Below the pieces are notes generated by a model, which was not told where the DNA came from, ran no database searches, and saw nothing but the letters and a program-made list of their open reading frames with translations. A stretch of DNA of 64,000 nt from the human T2T-CHM13v2.0 reference genome, Homo sapiens: the NCBI RefSeq assembly GCF_009914755.1, contig NC_060927.1; one strand, given 5' to 3'. This document shows, in pieces, positions 1 to 14,490 of the stretch (position 1 is its first letter; each line of letters starts with the position of its first letter). The translations under genes and the position numbers were made by a program.

Positions 1-75
1 ATACATATATGTCTATATATCTATATCTATATATATCTCCTATTAGTTCTGTCCCTCTAAGACAGCCCTAATACA
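1..75 (+). mobile_element. 3' end of an MLT2-type (ERVL) LTR with internal (TA)-rich microsatellite
   Basis: ATATATCTCCTATTAGTTCTGTCCCTCTAAGACAGCCCTAATACA matches the MLT2A/B terminus (..CCTATTAGTTCTGTCCCTCTAGAGAACCCTGACTAATACA). Confidence 0.75.
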
Positions 76-176
76 GTGGGAGAGAAGTGTCTGGTTTCAT
101 TCTTCTGCATATAGACACCCAGTTTCCCCAGCACCATTTATTGAAGAGACTCTCCTTTCCTCATTGTATGTCCCTT
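76..176 (-). mobile_element. L1M ORF2 fragment (antisense)
   Basis: TTTCATTCTTCTGCATATAGACACCCAGTTTCCCCAGCACCATTTATTGAAGAGACT is the reverse complement of late L1 ORF2. Confidence 0.8.
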
Positions 177-177
177 G

Positions 178-603
178 GAGTAAAAGAAACATAGCATGTT
201 CTTGCTAATATGTGATAACTAAAAAGTAAGAAAGTTGATGTTACAGAGGTAGAGAGTAGAATTATGGTTACCAGAGGCTAGGAAGGTTAGCAGGGAGAAA
301 GAGGATGAATAGGGTTTGGTTAATGGGTTCAAAAATACAATGAGAAGGAATAAGTTACAGTTTCAATACCACAGTAGGGCAAGGGTGAACATTGTTATCA
401 ATCATTCATTGTATATTTCAAAATAGCTAGATTTTGGAACGTCTGAAGACATAGTAGATAATAAATGTTTGAGTGATGGATATACCAATTACTCTGATTT
501 GATCATTACACATTGTATACATGTATCAAAATATCACAGGTACCCCATGAATATGTACAATTATTACATCTCAATAAAAAATTAAAAATTTTTAAAATTA
601 AAA
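178..603 (+). mobile_element. L1MA-type 3' end
   Basis: GAGAGTAGAATTATGGTTACCAGAGGCTAGGAAGG..., GATTTGATCATTACACATTGTATACATGTATCAAAATATCAC, AATAAA and A-rich tail. Confidence 0.85.
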
Positions 604-1799
604 ATCAGTCATATAAAAACCTGGTCAAAAGCAATCCAGGAAAAGGGAGAAGCATATTTAAAAATCATAAAGCACAACTATAGAGCTGTTATATATCTAC
701 ATGTCACAGTGATCCCGTGACAATGGTAGTCCTGTATAGTATTGCTTTTTGCTTCTAGGTTGTGGCATGTCTTGGAGTGAGCCATCTAGGGAAACTGCCA
801 ATGGTTCTTTACATGTAAAGCTGAATCTCCTGCAGAAAATTCTCTCAGCATCTTAAGACACCATTATCTGAATGTGATTTAAACTCTTTTTTCAGACATA
901 TAGATCGACAATCATCATTTTCAGCCCCTCAGGGTGCAGGCCATTTACCAAAATGACAATAGCATTAAACTTATTGCTATTATTGGTATTAATAGCTCTA
1001 ATAACATCTACCTGATGACTTCAATGCTGAATTACCGCAGGGTTAGTCAGAAGTAATGAGCTAAAATGATCATAAAGCCCTTTTCAAATATTTCAGGTGG
1101 TACAAAATTATTACAAATGGCAAGGTAGGTGTTGCACGTTCTCTGTGAAACAACGGGTGTCAGCCAGATAAGAAGAAAGCAACATTAGCTTTGAAAGTGG
1201 CACTGGGGGCCCTGGGTCCCAGCCCTCCCTCAAGTTTTGTTTCAAATATCAGTGTTACTAGACCCACTTTCAAAAATGAAATGGGAATCATTTTCCTAGG
1301 GATAAGTGAGAAGATGTGCCATTCTCAACCTCAACGATGCCTTTTATTATGTTTCCCTGGCTATTCTTACCATCTTCATCATTTCTTCTCACTTGCAAAC
1401 AGTGCGGCCAAGGTGTCGTCACCAAATGCTTTTAGATATGCCCACACCTACCAGCTTGGCAGCCCGTTACTAAAGGTAAAGCATAATCGTGCCTGATTTA
1501 GAGACAGTAGCAAAAACCTCTTTACCTGCTAGATATGGGAATTAAGTAAACTGTGAGAGACTGTGACACTGATAATCTGGATATTTGCTATAAGCAAAAC
1601 TAATTCCTAGTTATGGAAACACTCTAAAGCTCTATAAAATGAAACTAGTAATACCTACAAAAACCATGCAGTTCTAATGAAACTTAAAAGAAGTTATGCA
1701 TATAAAAGCTTTTCTCAACTAGTAAATTGCCAAGTGTTTTAAAATATTGATTGTTCATATGGAATACAGCATTTGGGAATATTATTTCAGGAGTCTTGC

Positions 1800-1885
1800 A
1801 GTCCATGGTTCCAATGCCAACTTGCTCCATGGATTAGCTCTGTGACATTGCATAGGTCACGTAACTTCTCTGTCTCAATCTTCTT
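1800..1885 (+). mobile_element. MIR, 5' half (split by the L1 composite)
   Basis: TAGCTCTGTGACATTGCATAGGTCACGTAACTTCTCTGTCTCAATC resembles the MIR core; continues at ~10174. Confidence 0.65.
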
Positions 1886-1899
1886 AAAAGAAAATGAAA

Positions 1900-4800
1900 G
1901 AGTTCAGACTGGGTGGAGCCCATCGTAGTACCGCAAAGCCACTGTAGCCAGTCTGCCTCTCTAGATTCCTCCTCTCTGGGCAGGGCATCTCTGAAAAAAC
2001 GGCAGCAGCCCCAGTCAGGGGCTTATAGATAAAACTCTCATCTCCTTGGGAAGGAGCACCTGAGGGAAGGGGTGGCTGTGGGCACAGCTTCAGCACACTT
2101 AAACGTTCCTGCCTGCCAGCTCTGAAAAGAGATCTCCCAACATAGCACTTGAGCTCTGCTAACGGACAGAATGCCACCTCACGTGGGTCCCTGACCCCCA
2201 TGCCTCTTGACAGGGAGACACCTCCCAGCAGGGAACAATAGATACCTCATACAGGAAAGCTCTGGCTGGCATTTGGCGGGTGCCCCTCTGGGATGAAGGT
2301 TCCAGAGGAAGGATGAGGCAGCAATCTTCGCTGTTCTTTGGCCTCTGCTGGTGATACCCAGACAATCAGGGTCTGGAGTGGACCTCCAGCAAACTCCAAC
2401 AGGAAACTCCACAAAGGAAAACCTATCAGACTAACAGCAGATCTCTGCAGAAACCGTACACAAGCCAGAAGAAGTGGGGGCCAATATTCAACATTCATAA
2501 AGAAAATCATTTTCCACCCAGAATTTCAAATCCAGCCAAACAAAGCTTCATAAGTGAAGGAGAAATAAAATCCTTTACAGACAAGCAAATGCTGAGAGAT
2601 TTTGTCACCACCAGGCCTGCCTTACAAGAGCTCCTGAAGGAAGCACTAAACATGGAAAGGAACAACTGGTACCAGTCACTGCAAAATTGTAAAGACCATC
2701 AACACTATGAAGAAACTACATCAACTGATGGGCAAAATAACCAGCTAGCATCATAATGACAGGATCAAATTCACACATAACAATATTAACCTTAAATGTA
2801 AATGGGCTAAATGCCCCAATTAAAAGACACAGACAGGCAAATTGGGTAAATAGTCAAGACCCATCAGTGTGCTGTATTCAGGAAACCCATCTCACATGCA
2901 AAGATATACATAGGCTCAAAATAAAGGGATGGAGGAATATTTACCAAGCAAATGGAAAGCCCAAAAAAGCAGAAGTTGCAATCCTAGTCTCTGATAAAAC
3001 AGACTTTAAACCAACAAAGATCAAAAGAGACAAAGAAGGGCATTATATAGTAGTAAAGGGATCAATGCAACAAGAAGAGCTAACTATCCTCAATGTATAT
3101 GCACCCAATGCAGAAGCACCCAGATTCGTAAAGCAAGTTCTTAGAGACCTACAAAGAGACTTAGACTCCCACACAGTAATAGTGGAAAACTTTAACACCC
3201 CACTGTCAATATTAGACAGATCAATGAGACAGAAAATTAACAAGGGTATTCAGGACTTGAACTCACCTCTGTACCAAGTGGACCTATTATACATCTACAG
3301 AACTCTCCACCCCAAATCAGCAGAATATACATTCTTCTCAGCACCACATTACACTTATTCTAAAACTGACCACATAATAGGAGGTAAAACACTCCTCAGC
3401 AAACACAAAAGAACGGAAATCATAACAGTCTCTCAGACCACAATGCAATCAAATTAGAATTCAGGATTCAGAAACTCACTCAAAACCACACAACTACATG
3501 AAAACTGAACAACTTGCTCCTGAATGACTACTGGATAAATAATTAAAGTAGAGCAGAAATAAAGATGTTCTTTAAAACCACTGAGACCAAAGACACAACA
3601 TACTAGAATCTCTGGGACGCATCTAAAGCAGTGTGTAGAGGGAAATTTATAGCACTAAATGCCCACAAGAGAATGCAGGAAAGATAAAATTGACACGCTA
3701 ACATCAAAGTTATATGAACTACAGAAGCAAGAGCAAACTAATTCAAAAGCTAGCAGAAGGCAAGAAATAATTAAGATCAGAGCAGAACTGAAGGAGACAG
3801 AGACATGAAAAACACTTAAAAAAAAAAATCAATGAATCCAGGAGCTGGTTTTTTTGAAAAGACTAACAAAACAGATAGACCTCTAGCAAGACTAATAAAG
3901 ATGAAAAGAGAGAAGAATCAAATAGATGCAATAAAAAATGATAAAGGGTATACCACCACTGATCCCACAGAAATACAAACTAACATCAGAGAACAGTATA
4001 AACACCTCTATGCAAACACACTAGAAAATCTAGAATAAATGGATAAATTCCTAAACACATACATCCTCCCATGTCTAAATCAGGAAGAAGTCGAATCCCT
4101 AACAGACAAATAACAACGTCTGAAATTGAGGCAGTAATTAATAGCCTACCAACTAAAAAACGTCCAGGACCAGATGGATTCACAGCCAAATTCTATTCTA
4201 CTAGAGGTACAAAGAAGAGCTGGTACCATTTCCTTCTAAAACTATTCCAAACAATAGAAAAAAGGGACTCTTCTCTAACTCATTTTATGAAGCCAGCATC
4301 ATCCTGATGCCAAAACCTGGCAGAGACACAACAAAAAAAAGAAAATTTCAGGCTAATATCCCTGATGAACATCAATGTGAAAATCCTCAATAAAATATTG
4401 GCAAACCAAATCCAGCAGCACATCAAAAAGCTTACCCACTACAATCAAGTCTGCTTGATCCCTGGGATGGAAGGCTCCTTCAACATACATAAATCAATAA
4501 ACGTAATTCATCACATAAACAGAACCAATGACAAAAACCACATGATTACCTCAACAGATGCAGAAAAGGACTTCGACAAAATTCAACACTCCTTCATGCT
4601 AAAAACTCTCAATAAACTAGGTTTTGATGGAACATATCTCAAAATAATAAAAGCTATTTATGACAAACCAACAGACACTATCATACTGAATAGGCAAAAA
4701 CTGGAAGCATTCCCTTTGAAAACCAGCACAAGACAAGGTTGCCCTCTATAACCACTCCTATTCAACATAGTAATGGAAGTTCTGGCCAGGACAATCAGGC

Positions 4801-6792
4801 AAGAGAAAGGAATGAAGTGTATTCAGATAGGAAGAGAGGAAGTCAAATTGTCTCTGTTTGCAGATGACATGACTGTATATTTAGAAAACCCCATCATCTC
4901 AGCCCCAAATCTCCTTAAGCTGATAAGCAACTTCAGCAAAGTCTCAGGATACAAAATCAAAGCAGAGTGCAAAATCAAAGCTTGTGCAAAAATCATAAGC
5001 ATTCCTATACACCAATAATAGAAAAATAGCCAAATCATGAGTGAACTCCCATTCACAATTGCTACTAATTGAATAAAATACCTAGGAATACAACTTATTA
5101 GGGATGTGAAGGACTTCAAGGAGAACTACAAACCACCAAGGAAATGAGAGGATATGAACAAATGGAAAAACATTCTATGCTAATGGGTAGGAAGAATCAA
5201 TATTGTGGCCATACTGCCAAAAGTAATTTATAGATTCACTGCTATCTCCATTAAGCTACCATTGATTTTCTTCACAGAATTTGAAAAAACTACTTTAAAT
5301 TTCCTATGGAACCAAAAAAGAGCCCACATAGCCAACACAACCCTAAGCAAAAAGAACAAATCTGGAGGCATCATGCTACCTGACTTCAAACTATACTATA
5401 AGGCTACAGTAACCAAAACAACATGGTAGTGGTACCAAAACAGATATGTAGACCAATGCAACAGAACAGAGGCCTCAGAAGTAACACTACACATCTACAA
5501 CCAGCTGATCTTTGGCAAAACTGACAAAAACAAGCAATGGGGAAATGATTGCCTATTTAACAAATGGTGTTGGGAAAACTGGCTAGCCATATGCAGAAAA
5601 GTGAAACTGGACCGCGTTCTTAAACCTTATATAAAAATTGACTCAAAATGGATTAAGCACTTAAAAGTAAGACCTAAAACCATAAAAACCCTAGAAGAAA
5701 ACTGAGGCAATACCATTCAGGACGTAGGCATGGCGAAAGACTTCATGACTAAAACACCAAAAGCAATGGCAACAAAAGCCAACATTGACAAATAAGATCC
5801 AATTAAACTAAAGAGATTTTGCACAGCAAAAGAAATTATCATCAGAGTGAACAGGCAATCTATAGAATGGGAGAAAATTTTTATAATTTATTCATCTGAC
5901 AAAGGGCTAATATCTACAAGGAACTTAAATTTACAAGAAAAAAACAACCCAAACAAAAAGTGGGCAAACGATATAAACAGATACTTCTCCGAAGAAGACA
6001 TTTATGCAGCCAACAAACATATGAAAAAAAGCTCATCATCACTGGTCATTAGAGACATGCAAATCAAAACCACAATGAGATATCATCTCACACCAGTTAG
6101 AATGGCGATCATCCAAAAGGAATCAGCGGATATGGGGGAGGATGCGGAGAAATAGCAATGCTTTTATACTGTTGGTGGGAGTGTAAATTAGTTCAACCAT
6201 GTGGAAAACAGTGTAGCACTTCCTCAAGGATCTCGAACTAGAAATACCATATGATCCAGCAATCCCATTGCTGGGTATATACAGAAAGTATTATAAATCA
6301 TTTTACCATAATGACACATGCACAGGCATGTTTATTGCAGCACTGTTCACAATAGCAAAGACTTGGAACCAACCCAAATGCCCATCGATGATAAACTGGG
6401 TAAAGAAAATGTACCACATATACACCATGGAATACTATGCAGACATAAAAAAGGATGAGTTCATGTCCTTTGCAGGGATATGGATGAAGCTGGAAACCAT
6501 CATTCTCAGCAAACTATCACAGGAACAGAAAACCAAACACCACATGTTCTCATTCATAAGTGGGAATTGATAAATGAGAACACATGGACATAGGGAGGGG
6601 AACATCACACACCAGGGCCTTTCGGGGGGTGGGCTGCTTAAGAAGGGATAGCCTTAGGAGAAATAACTAATGTAGATGACGGGTTGATGGGTGCAGCAAA
6701 CCACCATGGCACGCATATACCTATGTAACAAACCTGCACATTCCGTACATGTACCCCAGAACTTAAAGTATAATAAAAAAAAGAAAAAAAAA
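1900..6792 (+). mobile_element. L1PA7/8-like LINE-1, copy 1 (partial 5'UTR, internal deletion into ORF1, decayed ORF2, 3'UTR, polyA)
   Basis: 5'UTR sequence at 1900-2400; ORF1 C-terminus to ~2690; ORF2 starts MTGSNSHITILTLNVNGLN at 2756; RT motif LFADDM near 4855; 3'UTR and polyA at 6775-6792. Confidence 0.95.
2756..6570 (+). pseudogene. Disabled L1 ORF2 (APE-type endonuclease, reverse transcriptase, C-terminal domain)
   Basis: ORF-track fragments 2756-3457 (EN), 4365-4751 and 4773-5018 (RT), 6268-6570 (C-term), separated by stops and frameshifts. Confidence 0.92.
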
Positions 6793-10159
<3,367 letters not shown>

Positions 10160-10173
10160 AAAAGAAAATGAAA

Positions 10174-10250
10174 TAAAAAATGATACAGGAACCACGGTTG
10201 TAAAAATTTAATAGAATATATAGCACCTAGCACATATGTGCCTGGCCTAT
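10174..10250 (+). mobile_element. MIR, 3' half
   Basis: GGTTGTAAAAATTTAATAGAATATATAGCACCTAGCACATATGTGCCTGGC resembles the MIR 3' part. Confidence 0.55.
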
Positions 10251-10414
10251 TTTATGTAATGGAAAGGCTTGCAACTTGTTGTTGTTGTTGTTATCTGGAG
10301 TCTTAAGGCAGAGCATCCTGGTGGCCGGCTTCAGCTGCTCACACAAAGCATTATTCAGCTCCTCAAAAAAAGGCATTATTTATTAATAACATGCATCAAC
10401 TTTTAGTGCAGGAT

Positions 10415-10530
10415 AGCTCAAATTCGAGTGTTCATTTACAAATGCAAAAATTCCCCCAAGTCCTGATTTGTTTGGGGGAGCCCAAGAATCTTCATTTTTA
10501 ATACATATTATGAGTGATTCCAGTGTTTAG
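10415..10530. mobile_element. MER5-like hAT fragment
   Basis: AATGCAAAAATTCCCCC...GGGGAGCCCAAGAATCTTCATTTTTAA. Confidence 0.45.
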
Positions 10531-11544
10531 GAAATAACGTCTTGAATGTCAAAATCCATTTCCTACATCCTTCATAAGTCTTCTGAAGCTGACTTCTCCC
10601 CATAAGAATGTATTTCAGAGAAACAGTTTGGCACCTAGTGTTGAGCGTGATTGGCACTCTCACTATTAACTCCAGAAACTTCATCTGGAACTTGTTTCTG
10701 CAATTCTTGCACATTTTTAGCTTGTGGCTATCACGACTGAAGCACAAAACCGAACAACTTGAAAGCTTTTTGAAATTCTCTGAAGACCAGGCCTCTGATT
10801 CATTAGAAGGTAAAAAGTGATGGCTCTTTGACAAAGGGGACTGGGAGAGAAGCCAAGAGGGACATATATTTGCACGAAAGTTTTGTTTAAAGAAAAAGAG
10901 ACCAAAAATAATGAATCTCAGCTTCATGTGTTCTTCACCCATGCAGCTTTGGGCTATTCTTTGTTTATTGGTAACAAGAATGCCTGCGAGAGGAAAGAAC
11001 TGCAAATAGAAATGGACTTGACGTGAATACAATAAGGTTTCACCATGGCAAAAGGCAGTCATGGCTCCAGTTTACTTTGTATAAACCACAATAAGGGGTG
11101 GTGGAGCCCCAGTTTCTTGCAGTGTGTCCCTCTCCCACACCACAGTGTATTGAGGATGAATATCGTATGCATACACACGCAAGACTGAAGTATTTTGGTG
11201 TCATCTAGTGTTTGGGTAAAGGTTTTACTTTTTTCTTTTTCTATTAATATCACTGCAGCTAACATCAGTTTGTCATTTAATCATCCTTTACTGACACATT
11301 TATTTTTAGGTCTCCATCAGTGACTTTTGAGTGTTCCTGAACTCAGCTGAGCACTGTCCCTAACTGGAGTCAGTGTGTAACTGTACCCTTAGACTAAAAG
11401 CAGGCACCCAGCCCCAGCCATCATACCCTGCTGTTCATTGCAGCCAGGTTGATGCTGTGTCTGCACCATGGTCTTCCTAAGTCCAGAGCTCTGCTTTCTG
11501 AAACTATTAAGACAACAGGCTCCCATTGAGCTGGTTTTAGTGTT

Positions 11545-11720
11545 GGACAGACCTGAGTTAGTGTCCTGAATCTGCCTCTTGCTAGCCATGTAGCCAAGAG
11601 CAGGACACGAATTTCTCTAAGTCTAGGTTGCTCACCTACGAAATGAAATAATAATAATAGCACCTGATTCATAGAGTTCTCGTAAGGATTAATTGAGATA
11701 ATGGCAAGTATCTTTGTATT
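11545..11720 (+). mobile_element. MIR
   Basis: GACAGACCTGAGTT...GAAATGAAATAATAATAATAGCACCTGATTCATAGAGTTCTCGTAAGGATTAATTGAGATAAT. Confidence 0.75.
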
Positions 11721-11962
11721 ATTACTAGTAATGTATATTAGTGACTATTAGAAGTGCTTGTTAATACTGCATCTTCCAGAACTGTGTCCAGGCAAAAGAA
11801 TCAAGAGTGCTGTGATTTCTATGCACATTTACATTTGAGGCAAACTTTTTAAACATATTTTGTTCACTGGCATATCTTCCATACTTAGAATAATTCTTAG
11901 CATACAGTAGGTACTCAGTACCTAATGGATAAATAACTAAATTAATTAATTGGTGAACATTC

Positions 11963-12270
11963 GGCCGGGCACAGTGGCTCACGCCTGTCATCCCAGCACT
12001 TTGGAAGGCTGAGGCAGGCGGATCACTCTTCAGGTCAGGAGTTCCAGAACAGCCTGGCCAACATGGTGAAACCCTGTATTTACTAAAAATACACACACAC
12101 ACAAAATAGCCAGGCATGGTGATGGGCACCTGTAAGCCCAGCTACTCATGAGGATGAGGCAGGAGAATTGCTTGAACTCAGGAGGCAGAGGTTGCAGTGA
12201 GCTGTGACCGCGCCACTGTACTACAGCCTGGGCGACAGAGTGAGACTTTGCCTCAAAAAAAAAAAAAAAA
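11963..12270 (+). mobile_element. AluS (Sx/Sz-like), full length
   Basis: GGCCGGGCACAGTGGCTCACGCC start, two arms, polyA; TSD AATTGGTGAACATT at 11948-11961 and 12270-12283. Confidence 0.95.
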
Positions 12271-12454
12271 ATTGGTGAACATTGGTATTAGTAGTTCCCT
12301 TCTCCTTGTTTGTGACTGCTCCAATGCAGTTTGCTAGACCACAAGAATTCAGACATCCCTTGTGTGTGCGTCATGTATATTCCATCTTAAAACCAGCAGA
12401 GGTGAGTTCTTCTCTGTTCTTCTTACTCCTTCACTGCAGTTACTTTTATCTCCC

Positions 12455-12610
12455 TCGTAACCACCCAGAGCCCTAAGAGGATGACCTTAATAGGTCATCA
12501 TCCCATTTCACATGTAAAGAAACCGAGGCATGGAAATGAAAGTGTTTTGCCTAGGCTTACACCTCACTGAGGTTCACAACCAGGATTCTAACACAGAAAG
12601 CCTCTCTTCA
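12455..12610 (-). mobile_element. MIR
   Basis: ATCATCCCATTTCACATGTAAAGAAACCGAGGCATGGAAATGAAAGTGTTTTGCCTAGG is the antisense MIR core. Confidence 0.7.
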
Positions 12611-12959
12611 GGATGTGTCCTTAAGTACTATGCAAAGAAAGATGCAATATTATCTCCCTGCATGAGGGCATCCACAGAATGGAAATTGCTTTTTGCTACC
12701 AAACAAAAGCCCTCTAAGAGTCTACCTACTGTCAAGCCATTTCTTCACTGAGCATATCATGAGGAAATACTGTTTATCTAGTCATTCACAGATCTATTTA
12801 AGTTTAATAGATATTTATTGAATCCTGCTAGAAGTGTACACAATATACAGGGTTTTTCTCTTCACAGAGCTTATGCTGTAGTTGGCAATATGGTGTCATT
12901 GATAGCCATTTATAAGTATCCTTTTCATATATAAAGAACAGTGTTGTAATGATGTGCTA

Positions 12960-14490
12960 TGCTAACATTTATTTCCTTAATTTTGAAGAAAAGATATCAA
13001 GTTTTCAAAAGATATCTAAGAATAATACAAATGAATAACAAAAAACCTTGACTCCCAAAACACATACATGTGTAAGTAATTATCCCAGTGATGCCCTTTA
13101 TAGAGAGAGTCCAAACCCAGATCACAGTTGCACCCTATTGTCATGTCTCTATAGTCTCCTTCAATCCGGAACAATCCTTAGTTTTGACTTGACTATCTTG
13201 AATATGGCATTCGTGAAGATTACAGGTCAGTACTTTTGAAGAATGCCTCTCAAACTGGGTTTATTTGATGATTTTACATCACTAGACCTAAGCTGTACAT
13301 TTTGGTTGGAATATTACAGAAGTAACACCAGTTTTCTCTCATTGAGTCTTACTGGGTGGCACAAGATATTGGCTTGTTCCATAAGTGATAATGTTAATTT
13401 TTGTTCACTTGATTGAGATGGTATCTACCAAAGCAGGCAGAGTGGCTCACACCTGTAAACTCAGCACTTTGGGAGGCTGAAGTAGGAGGATCTCTTGAGC
13501 CCAAGAGCTCGAGACAAGCCTGGGCAATAGAGCAAGATCTTGATGCTACTAAAAAAAAAAAAATTAGCTGGGCATGGTGGTACATGCCTGCAGTCTGAGC
13601 TGCTCCGGTGACAGAGGGAGGAGGATTGCTTGAGCCCAACTGCACTCTAGGATGAGTAACAGAGCAAGACCCTGTCTCAAAAAAGAAAAAATTCTTCCAG
13701 ACTTCACCTTTGTAAAATTATGCCCTCTATTTACAGCGAATAAATATTTTTCTGGTAGAAGCTTTGAGATTACATGAAATCCCATTCCTCGTACCAATTT
13801 CACTTACTGGTTTTGACACCCATTGCAAGTTCTTTTATAAATTAATGTTTATTGTGAAGGTTCACATGGGGATTTTTTAATTCTGTCATTTCTTCTACCT
13901 TTAGTAGTTAACATTCTACCCTAAGAAAGAACATCCTATCCACTCCATTTATCCATTTATTTATCTCATGTAGAACCATTTATTCAACAGATTATAATCC
14001 ATTGCTGCCATTTTTGTGTTGTTGCTGTGGCAGTTGCTCAAATTTTCCCTGATTTGGCCAGTGACAGCACTTTCAATACGGCTGACATGGCCCCATCATG
14101 CTTTGGACAAGTCCTTACTCTCCGGCACAACACGATGATCCGGGTTCCCTTTTCTTTCCCTGTGGCAGCCCTAAAATCAGCCGTTCCTCCAAGGATCCCT
14201 GCTTCCTTTCGGTGGATAATGTTTTTGGAAACTAAGATAGGCAGCAGTTAGGTTCATTGCTACTGGGGTATCGCTGTACCTGAGCACTCCCCTCCCTATG
14301 GACACTAATGTAGATGTTAGTAAATATAACTACAAATGTAATATTATATCTACATATTTACTTCTATATTATATTTATATTTACTTCTATGTCTATGTAT
14401 GTTTTGAAAAAGAGGCATTCACATCAACACTTTCATCCCAATCCCAAAAGAGGGTTCATTCTAACTTTTCCATTTTCATATTTGCATTTC
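12960..14490 (-). mobile_element. Old L1MC/ME-type 3' region, interrupted by AluJ
   Basis: GAAGATTACAGGTCAGTACTTTTGAAGAATGCCTCTCAAACTGGGTTTATTTGATG, GTTGCTCAAATTTTCCCTGATTTGGCCAGTG and CCCTAAAATCAGCCGTTCCTCCAAGGATCCCTG. Confidence 0.7.
13432..13690 (+). mobile_element. AluJ with ~40-bp deletion in the right arm
   Basis: GGAGGATCTCTTGAGCCCAAGAG (J-type), mid A-tract, TTGAGCCCA|ACTGCACTC jump. Confidence 0.9.

Noticed and set aside
1191-1496. 101-aa ORF and nearby exon-like segments (1097-1124 on +; ~1369-1468 on -)
   Set aside because: TTG start and no homology recognised; the minus-strand segment has stops in all frames.
10508-11062. 184-aa minus-strand ORF, the longest outside repeats
   Set aside because: No recognisable domain, no Kozak or promoter context, and composition like random AT-rich DNA.
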